IMG/VR virus record: IMGVR_UViG_3300029796_000300
Length of the DNA: 64,000 nucleotides
Direction: 5' to 3' (one strand)
DNA from: a virus
A model generated the notes under the pieces. That model saw only the letters and a list, made by a program, of their open reading frames with translations, had not been told where the DNA came from and searched no databases. The translations under genes were made by a program, and so were the position numbers. Below, piece after piece: positions 57,170 through 64,000 of this stretch (its first letter is position 1; each line of letters begins with the position of its first letter).

Positions 57170-58921
57170 TCAGAGATACAGGTCCACAACGGAACCCATA
57201 ATCTCCTCCTGCTCCTCTACGACAGAAGTTGCCTTCGACACGACGCAGCAGCGGCAGTTCTCACGGACATTACTCATGCCATCGACCTGTACCGTCTGTG
57301 CCCACATCTCAAGCTCCGTCGCAGAGATAGAGCCTTCCGTAATATCGTTCTCCTTGCAGTGCTTGGAAATTGCCAGCCAGACCGTATACATCTTCTCCAG
57401 CAAATCCTTGTCAGGGAAACCGGTGTTATACCGAACACGGGCCAACAGCGTCTCCTTCGTCAGCTCATAAGAGTCAATGACGAAAGCACAGCGACGGATT
57501 ACAGACGGGTCAACCGGACGACAGGAAGCATAGCCGACGTTATCGGTATAAACAACCATCGCATCCGGATGACGGCGCACGAAGCGCCCATCAACCAGCG
57601 GAATCATCGCCCCTGCGCGGTCGTATTCGTTCAGACCGACGAGCACGCCAGCGTCGCGGATACGGGAAATCTCCTGTACCTCAACGATGTAGCCGTGTTC
57701 CAGCGCCTTGACATAGTTCGACTCAACGAACTTGTAGCGCGCCACAGAGCCGTTACTCGCCGCCGCCTTGCCATACGCCTCAAGGGCCATCTGGCAGGTC
57801 GCGTCTTCGTCCTCCACGCCGGTGAGCTTGAAGTAAGCACTGGCGGGGTCCGCCGCGATTTCCGCGAAGTCAGGCAGTTCCGCTGTGTGCGCCCCATCCG
57901 TATCGGGAATGATATCGGAGAGGAAGTTCTGCGTCTCCATCGTGGAATTGCACGGCATACGCAGCAGCGGGATATTCAGGAACCCAGCCATCAGTTCAAC
58001 ACCCGTGGACTTACCATAGGAGGTAATGCCGCGCCACATGAAGTTATTCATGGGACGCTTATCCTTTCTGGTATTCACGAACTTTTTGGCAATGTCGATT
58101 GCCTCCGGCGCGACGGGATAATCGTCTGGGAACTGAGGAATGAGCGCCCGCTCCGCCGCTGACCAGCTGTGACTGGCTGCGAACGCGGAAAACAGCTTCT
58201 TTGCGCTTGCGAATGTGTGCGCCTTTGTTGCTGTTACGCGGATACTGCCGCACAGGACACACGCCTTGCCGCACAGCTCCGTGCCGGACAGAGAACCGCT
58301 TTTGACGCTGGTTCCCGTGAGGATATCAATATTCCCACCGGGAACCTTGACCTCGACCTCGTTGTTGTTCAGCATCACCACCAGCGTGTCGCAGATGCGG
58401 CGGAAACAGCCCTCGTCAAAAGGCGTTCCCGCGTTATACTGCTGCGTGATAGCGTTGAGGTCCGTACCAACACCGTTCCAAATGGAAGTGGCGATAGGCA
58501 ACAGGCACAGATAGATAGGTGCGAGGTTGACCTCGCAGCTTCGGTCAATCGTGGGGAGCGACGTAAAGGTATAGTCCGCAGTTCCCACAACCGGCTTCGC
58601 AATGGCCGCACGAAGGCGGACCGTCTTGCCGTTCGGGTCCGGACGGTTCACCGTCGCAATCAGGACCGTACCATCCGCCTGCGGAAGCTCCGCTGCGTAG
58701 GTAGAGCCGCCGACATCGACCAGCGCCATATCAGCGTGTTCGCCCTTCATCCATGCCACAACCGCCTGTGCGGCGTATGCGTTCAACGCGACATTGCCGC
58801 CACCGTTTCGGAGTGCCGAGAACATAGCTGGCTCCTTTACTGTCGGAGCATAGTTCTGAACCTCTTTCGGGAATCTGGCAACTGACCAACTGGCAGACGG
58901 CGTATTCAAAGTGTGATTCAT
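57170..58921 (-). CDS. MoxR/CbbQ-like AAA+ (AAA_5) ATPase with ~280-aa N-terminal extension
   Basis: Walker A RGITSYGKST; Walker B-like GYIVEVQE; partner of vWA gene. Confidence 0.7.
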   Translation of the reverse strand: MNHTLNTPSASWSVARFPKEVQNYAPTVKEPAMFSALRNGGGNVALNAYAAQAVVAWMKGEHADMALVDVGGSTYAAELPQADGTVLIATVNRPDPNGKTVRLRAAIAKPVVGTADYTFTSLPTIDRSCEVNLAPIYLCLLPIATSIWNGVGTDLNAITQQYNAGTPFDEGCFRRICDTLVVMLNNNEVEVKVPGGNIDILTGTSVKSGSLSGTELCGKACVLCGSIRVTATKAHTFASAKKLFSAFAASHSWSAAERALIPQFPDDYPVAPEAIDIAKKFVNTRKDKRPMNNFMWRGITSYGKSTGVELMAGFLNIPLLRMPCNSTMETQNFLSDIIPDTDGAHTAELPDFAEIAADPASAYFKLTGVEDEDATCQMALEAYGKAAASNGSVARYKFVESNYVKALEHGYIVEVQEISRIRDAGVLVGLNEYDRAGAMIPLVDGRFVRRHPDAMVVYTDNVGYASCRPVDPSVIRRCAFVIDSYELTKETLLARVRYNTGFPDKDLLEKMYTVWLAISKHCKENDITEGSISATELEMWAQTVQVDGMSNVRENCRCCVVSKATSVVEEQEEIMGSVVDLYL

Positions 58922-58943
58922 AGTTTCTTTCTCCTTTCACTCA

Positions 58944-59129
58944 TTAACGGGCGTTTGCAGCAGACAGATTCCGCCACACGCGAAACAGATGCGCGAGATA
59001 ACTCTCCGCTTCCTGTCTCTCCATGAAACCGGAACCCGTCAGGTACTTCATTGCACTTTCCTTGCTGCCACGGGATTCGCCGTCGATGACATAACCCATT
59101 GCTTTCGTAAAGTAGTCGTTTGTAAACAT
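58944..59129 (-). CDS. small hypothetical protein (MFTNDYFTKAMGYVIDG...) first gene after leader copy 6
   Basis: AAAGGAGAA RBS 11 nt upstream. Confidence 0.45.
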   Translation of the reverse strand: MFTNDYFTKAMGYVIDGESRGSKESAMKYLTGSGFMERQEAESYLAHLFRVWRNLSAANAR

Positions 59130-59166
59130 TTTTTCATTTCTCCTTTTTGTTTTGTGTGATTTGGGA

Positions 59167-59310
59167 TATATAAAAAGCCAGTATCCGTAAAGGATGCTGA
59201 CTGAACTTTCTTTATGTTTGCGATACTTCTTTTGTATGGTCACAGCATACCGGCCTTTTTGCCATTTGCAGAATTGTGATAAACAGGAATACAGGTTCCT
59301 GAGTTCCGAG
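59167..59310 (-). promoter_or_regulatory. conserved leader element (type B) copy 6; hairpin GCCAGTATCC-GTAAA-GGATGCTGAC
   Basis: Alignment with other copies. Confidence 0.6.
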
Positions 59311-59379
59311 GTGCCTGAGTGTTTCGGCAAAAAACAGCAGCACCCATCCGGTATGGATAGATGCCGCTGGAAGATGTAC

Positions 59380-59943
59380 TCACATCTGCAAATAGGCATA
59401 TAACAGATGCGGTGTTTTTTCGTTGATGTAGACGAGATATGGGCAATTCGGATAAAACGTCACCTTGCGGGGAAGTGTAAAGGTGAAATAAGACGGAACA
59501 TCATCGTCTGTCCGGAAACACACTTTCGTGGAGCCTTTCAATCCGTTGGAAATTGCGTTTGTCTGTACGCTGTAGCAAATCATCGGCAGTTCCCTAATAG
59601 TGCCGTCCTTAAAATCCAACCGCAGAGAAACCGCACAGTATAGAAGATAGACGGGGAAAAGAAGAAACATGAGCAGCCGCACGGATAGAAGCGTGATGGA
59701 CAACACGATGACTGTCAGCGTCATCAGTACCGCGACCGTACAGAGCATGACTTCCTTGGACTGCAAGGCGGTCGGCAGCTCGATGTCCCGCAGCTCCTGC
59801 CAGATAGATTTCTTCTCCCCCTCCGGTTCCGGTGCCGAGTCCGAAGCCTGTTTCCCTGCGGCATTTTCGGCCCGATTGGCGTCATCCTGCTCCAGCAGGG
59901 CACGGAGATGCGGGAATTCAATAATTTTTGACTTCTTCGGCAT
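59380..59943 (-). CDS. membrane protein (two TM helices)
   Basis: MPKKSKIIEF start; hydrophobic core. Confidence 0.5.
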   Translation of the reverse strand: MPKKSKIIEFPHLRALLEQDDANRAENAAGKQASDSAPEPEGEKKSIWQELRDIELPTALQSKEVMLCTVAVLMTLTVIVLSITLLSVRLLMFLLFPVYLLYCAVSLRLDFKDGTIRELPMICYSVQTNAISNGLKGSTKVCFRTDDDVPSYFTFTLPRKVTFYPNCPYLVYINEKTPHLLYAYLQM

Positions 59944-61024
59944 GACTACCTCCCAAAAGCGGTTCACCGTTTATCGTGAGTGAGTGGAAATATTCGTATG
60001 TTTTGGGCGTGCTTTTTTTCAGAAGCTGCATGGACTTGCTGCCATCCGAATGTGTCAGCAGATAAGCGAAATAATCTGCAAAATATTCGTTGCTGCTTGT
60101 TTTGGCATAGCTGCGGAAGGGTGCATCTTTTGCTTCTGCGTTGAAGAGTTCCTGACTTCTGGCAGGAAAGCTGAGCAGTTCCCCTTCTATAAAATGCCCG
60201 AACTCATGCAGGACTGCCCCCGCTTCCGAAACATAAATGGTTCGCTCCTGATAGCTGGTGACGCCGGTGCAGGACACATTATACAGCTTGCCCATTTTCG
60301 CCGTATACGCATGGTCGATAACGAGCTTCCATCCGTGCTCATTGAACGCATTGAGGACGGTATCCGGAAGATAGCGCAGTTCCATAAGATAATCGTTGAG
60401 ATTCGCGTCAGAGCGATTTTCGCACACGACCGGAGATTTAGGCGCTTCGACCACAAATTGATGTGTCAATGTCTCATATAGATAGACAGCCGCCTCTCCC
60501 CTCGTTACTCTTTCACCTACGGTCGAGGACGCAGAACATAAGCCCAGCTCTTGTCCAACACGCAGGACATTTTCCTCACGGCTAAGTGCCTTCCCTCCAT
60601 AGAGTACATTGTCGTAGACCGGTATCTGTGCGGCATCGAACGCACTTTCCAGAACCGCACTCCGGCAGAGTTGTGTTTCTGGTGAGACGACAGCAGTCTC
60701 ACTCAGCCAACCGTTGCCGTAAGCAGCATCCACGCCGCTCTGACTCTGCTCCATCCATCCATTGCCTTTCATTTGGACACCATAGGCTCGGCAGAGCATG
60801 ACCGCCCATTGCCGAACGGTAATGGGGGCGTCCGGGGAGAACTGGCCGACGCCAGTCCCTGTGACGATTTGCCGTTCTGAGAGATAGACAACGCTATCAT
60901 GATACGGTGCCGTTTCTGGCACATCGGAAAAGCCGGCGTCAGTGGCAGACGCTGTAACGGGAAAAGTCAGTATCAGCGCCAGAGTAAGAATTGCCAGCGC
61001 TGTCCTTCGCAGACCTCGAAACAT
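59918..61024 (-). CDS. secreted zinc metalloprotease, anthrax-lethal-factor-like (ATLF/M34-like) catalytic region with N-terminal SLH-like module
   Basis: Signal peptide; FSDVP...WAV (SLH-like); HEFGHFIEGE + NEYFADYFAYLL...KTYEYF resembles LF HEFGHAV...NEAEFFAEAF...KTFQFI. Confidence 0.6.
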   Translation of the reverse strand: MFRGLRRTALAILTLALILTFPVTASATDAGFSDVPETAPYHDSVVYLSERQIVTGTGVGQFSPDAPITVRQWAVMLCRAYGVQMKGNGWMEQSQSGVDAAYGNGWLSETAVVSPETQLCRSAVLESAFDAAQIPVYDNVLYGGKALSREENVLRVGQELGLCSASSTVGERVTRGEAAVYLYETLTHQFVVEAPKSPVVCENRSDANLNDYLMELRYLPDTVLNAFNEHGWKLVIDHAYTAKMGKLYNVSCTGVTSYQERTIYVSEAGAVLHEFGHFIEGELLSFPARSQELFNAEAKDAPFRSYAKTSSNEYFADYFAYLLTHSDGSKSMQLLKKSTPKTYEYFHSLTINGEPLLGGSHAEEVKNY

Positions 61025-62388
61025 CAGTCACCGCCTCCTTCCGCAGCCGTCTCAGCGTTTGCGTGGATGGCATCCCGAATCGTCTCCGCCAGCGCCCTTG
61101 CCTGCGCTGCGTATTCGCGCTTTGCGTCGGTCGTCGTGTCAATGTCGGAATTGTCGTGGAGCTTATATTTGATGGAAATGGACTTATCGGACAAGTCGCC
61201 GATTGCGTCCGATTGGTCGATGCCGATTTTGATACGAATATAGGCGGGCGTCAAGGTATCTGCCAGCGTTTCATCTTCCAAAAGCGCCGCACGGAGGTAA
61301 TTGAGCTGTTCACCAGCAGGAATCTCCATCAGCTTGGTATATTCGTCGTAGATGCTGACCTGCTCCGCGTTCAGGATATCGCACACAATGACATTCTGCA
61401 TTTCGTAGGTGTCAATGGAAACACTTTGATAGATGGTCGTCTGATGCGTCATTCCGGGAATGTCCGGAGAATCATCCGGGGCTTCCGTCTGCCGGACAGT
61501 CTCCTTTTTAATCGTCATATCAACTTTCGCGCCAAAATTGAGGAGAACGCTGGTCGCGGTTTCATCGTCCAGAGGGGCAGTCACATAGACCTTCCCCTGT
61601 TGCTCATTCACCCACGGATTCTTCGGCGGCGTGTATGCACTCGCCACATTGTTGTATGCGAGATACTGGCCGGTCGGGATATATGCGGTAGCATACTTGC
61701 CGATAAGGCTGGAAGCACGGTTATACTGGTAGATATTCGTTCCGCCCAGAGTAATTTGATTGTAGCTCTCTGCGCTGATGGTGGCGCTCTGAATGACGTC
61801 TTCCGTGATAACATCTCCCGGAATCAGGTCCTGCTTGACCTGAATGACCTGTATCGTGTTCAAGGACGGGTCTGGTTCATCCACGGGTTCCTGATTTTCA
61901 ATCGGCGTAGGGTTGGACGGTGTATCATTGCCGCCGAAAAGCACACTGCTCGCAATGGAGCCGATGATGAACAACACCATCATCCCGCCGATGATGACAA
62001 GCAGCTTCTTCCTGGTCAGCGGAATTTTCTCAAATAGCGGCTGCTCCAAAGATTCCTTCAAGGCGTCCAACCTGCTCCTACCGTCCTCAGATTCATCCTC
62101 AACATCGGATTTGGCCTTCCTGCGCAGCCACCTCCTTTTCCCACTTTCCTCTTCCTCACCGTTCTCTTCTGCCGGAGCCTCCTCTTCCTGGGGCTTTTCC
62201 GGTTCTCTCTTCTTGACCCGCGCACGCTTAACCATCCAGTTTCCTTCCGAATCGAGATAGTAAATTTTCTCGTTGACTTTATCAAAAAAACCGGTCTGCG
62301 GCGTGCCGCCGAGCATGAACTGGCAGGATGGCAGTTTCTTGATTTCCTCTAACTCCTGCGCAGTAATTTTCACAGGTTCATTTGGCAT
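61024..62388 (-). CDS. single-pass membrane protein with large extracytoplasmic domain
   Basis: GAAGGAGGG RBS; TM LLVIIGGMMVLFIIGSIASSVLF. Confidence 0.55.
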   Translation of the reverse strand: MPNEPVKITAQELEEIKKLPSCQFMLGGTPQTGFFDKVNEKIYYLDSEGNWMVKRARVKKREPEKPQEEEAPAEENGEEEESGKRRWLRRKAKSDVEDESEDGRSRLDALKESLEQPLFEKIPLTRKKLLVIIGGMMVLFIIGSIASSVLFGGNDTPSNPTPIENQEPVDEPDPSLNTIQVIQVKQDLIPGDVITEDVIQSATISAESYNQITLGGTNIYQYNRASSLIGKYATAYIPTGQYLAYNNVASAYTPPKNPWVNEQQGKVYVTAPLDDETATSVLLNFGAKVDMTIKKETVRQTEAPDDSPDIPGMTHQTTIYQSVSIDTYEMQNVIVCDILNAEQVSIYDEYTKLMEIPAGEQLNYLRAALLEDETLADTLTPAYIRIKIGIDQSDAIGDLSDKSISIKYKLHDNSDIDTTTDAKREYAAQARALAETIRDAIHANAETAAEGGGD

Positions 62389-62415
62389 CTGAATCCCTCC
62401 TTCTGTGCGCATTTT

Positions 62416-62444
62416 ATTATACCACTCAAATGTTTAATAGTCAA
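62416..62444 (-). promoter_or_regulatory. type A promoter TTGACT-N17-TATAAT
   Basis: rc: TTGACTATTAAACATTTGAGTGGTATAAT. Confidence 0.55.
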
Positions 62445-62525
62445 TTTTTACACAGCAGGTAAATTCATGCTTGTATTGCAAGCAGAAGCCAAATCCGTTA
62501 CTCAAGCAATATTTATTCATAGCAG

Positions 62526-62555
62526 TTGATTTTTCTCGACAATGTGTGGTATAAT
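62526..62555 (+). promoter_or_regulatory. plus-strand promoter TTGATT-N18-TATAAT with CAATGTGTGG extended -10, divergent from 62416 promoter
   Basis: ttgatttttctcgacaatgtgtggtataat. Confidence 0.55.
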
Positions 62556-62581
62556 GTCCCGGCATGAAAGGAGGGAGTTTT

Positions 62582-63457
62582 TTGAACGAAGAAGAGAAGT
62601 TGAAAAACAAAGAGGTCTGCGATAAACTGACTGAGCTTTTTTCGAGAGACGTCCGGTCTATGACCAGACTCGGCGAGGCTTTTTTCAAGAAAGGGCGTAA
62701 ACACAGCGGCCTTGGGAAATACTCCGACCTGTATGGCAAAAGCTATCCCCTTGCCGCAGATACCGAGACGAATTTCCGCTGTTCGCTGGACCGATTCTCA
62801 GAGGATGACAGCAATCGAATTTTTAACTTCCTTGCTGTCAGATACGGATTCAACTCTGACAGCCTGCGTCGAAAGCGCATTGTGTGGGCCAAAGGTGAGA
62901 TTGAAGGATTGCTTCAAATTACCGGTCTGTCTTATCAGGAGTTCTTCCGGGATGTTCTGGGTATCTCCATTCCAATGCCGTCCTCCCAGGAGCATCAGTT
63001 GATAGACCGGATGGACAACATAGGCGATGCGTCCCTTGCAAAGCTGAAAGCTATCGTGGAAGACCTCGACCCGCATCTGGAGCGTGCGGAGGATGGCAGC
63101 GTTTACTCCATCCCCTCCGCCAGAATCAAATCTCTCGTGCGGTATAGGAAGGCTGCAACGGAAACCAACCGAGAGTTCATTCGGAAGCTGCACGGCGACA
63201 CGGAGGGCACGATGCAGACCCTCTCTGTCCGCAGAACCGCCTTTAATATTCAGCAAGTCGTTGAGGCTGCGGAACTTATGGATGCGCCCCTGTTTTGGGT
63301 GCTGTGCTGTGAGAACTTCCCGCTGTATGCGAAGCGCATCGAAACCGACTATGTGTTTGCACTTTACAAATTTCTTTCTCTGAATAACCGTAAGCTGTTT
63401 CAGACAGCAGTGGAGTGTATTTCCGCCGCTGAAAGTGAGGTGACATCCAATGTCTGA
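62582..63457 (+). CDS. hypothetical protein (TTG start after AAAGGAGGGAG RBS)
   Basis: ORF 62564..63457; RBS spacing favours TTG at 62582. Confidence 0.5.
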   Translation: MNEEEKLKNKEVCDKLTELFSRDVRSMTRLGEAFFKKGRKHSGLGKYSDLYGKSYPLAADTETNFRCSLDRFSEDDSNRIFNFLAVRYGFNSDSLRRKRIVWAKGEIEGLLQITGLSYQEFFRDVLGISIPMPSSQEHQLIDRMDNIGDASLAKLKAIVEDLDPHLERAEDGSVYSIPSARIKSLVRYRKAATETNREFIRKLHGDTEGTMQTLSVRRTAFNIQQVVEAAELMDAPLFWVLCCENFPLYAKRIETDYVFALYKFLSLNNRKLFQTAVECISAAESEVTSNV

Positions 63458-64000
63458 AGAAAAGGCCCTTTCGTCAGAAAAAAAAACCGCAGAGCGCCCC
63501 GCTCCCTTCGCTGCCATGAAAAATGAGGTCGAATTCACAAGCGGAATGGAGTCTGCCTCCGAACAGGAGCAGAAAAAAGTCAAATCTATTCTATTGGAAA
63601 TTGAATCCGAGCTAAACGCCTACGACCGGGCAACCGGCTTAAAAAAAATAGCCTTCAGCAGAAACTTTCATATCCGTCCCGACCTTCTCGAAAAAATCCG
63701 CAGCATCAGCGATATCCGCATCCAGCGGGGCATCATCAATTATTACATTGATTCTGCGGTTCATATCAAGACCTCATATATCGCCAATATGATGGACGTC
63801 AAGAAGCGCGAGAACGGTCTGACGGCGAAGGAAATCGCGAGGACGTGCAGCATCACAGCATCCCTGCTGTCACGGGGCATTAAAGACGGAGCGATTCTGC
63901 TGCCGCCCGCTTCGATTGCCGCCTTCTGCGATATCGTAACCGGGCAGTCTGTGGCGGAAACCTTTTTCGGGATGCCGCCGAAAATCATGCTCCCCCTCAA
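63450..64000 (+). CDS. HTH (XRE-like) regulator, 3' end beyond window
   Basis: Open frame from ATG 63450 to window end; LTAKEIARTCSITASLLSRGIKDG HTH-like. Confidence 0.5.
   Translation, partial: MSEEKALSSEKKTAERPAPFAAMKNEVEFTSGMESASEQEQKKVKSILLEIESELNAYDRATGLKKIAFSRNFHIRPDLLEKIRSISDIRIQRGIINYYIDSAVHIKTSYIANMMDVKKRENGLTAKEIARTCSITASLLSRGIKDGAILLPPASIAAFCDIVTGQSVAETFFGMPPKIMLPL

Overview
The window reads as a dense accessory region of a low-GC Gram-positive (Clostridia-like) genome, probably part of an integrative conjugative element. Coding is almost entirely on the minus strand, and the six-frame track's long plus-strand ORFs look like antisense shadows. Only the last ~1.5 kb is transcribed on the plus strand.

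Recognisable genes:
- A Firmicutes-type T4SS block at ~36.9-51.2 kb: VirB4-like ATPase, VirD4-like coupling protein, TrbL/VirB6-like membrane protein, a CHAP+lysozyme cell-wall hydrolase, signal peptidase I, a VirB3-like protein and pilin-like small proteins.
- Replication and recombination genes: a CHC2-zinc-finger primase, an ERF-type annealing protein and a UvrD-family helicase.
- A DUF1064 protein, an ASCH-domain protein and a uracil-DNA glycosylase.
- Regulators: a full-length sigma-70 family sigma factor and several HTH / sigma region-4-like proteins.
- Other cargo: a flotillin, a NERD-domain membrane protein, a MoxR-like AAA+ ATPase paired with a zincin-vWA protein, an anthrax-lethal-factor-like HExxH metalloprotease, and a radical-SAM plus ATP-grasp-like pair embedded among acidic and Cys-rich small proteins.
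- Three IS200/IS605-type RNA-guided nuclease elements: one TnpB and two IscB, each with a structured omega-RNA-like flank.

Most notable observations:
1. A ~140-bp conserved intergenic leader occurs six times, each upstream of a minus-strand transcription unit. Each copy has 8-bp-periodic GAACC pentamers, an invariant core, and a terminator-like hairpin whose stem differs between copies by compensatory changes.
2. One IscB copy has lost three RuvC catalytic residues relative to its canonical paralog but keeps its omega-RNA region. That region is followed by a tandem 26-bp repeat array and a second, orphan near-identical omega-RNA copy ~1.1 kb away.
3. A compact convergent promoter / tiny hydrophobic peptide / antisense RNA arrangement resembles a type I toxin-antitoxin.
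4. About ten consensus promoters share an 'AATGTGTGGTATAAT' extended -10, suggesting an element-specific regulon, possibly served by the element's own sigma factor.

No integrase or relaxase was recognised inside the window.
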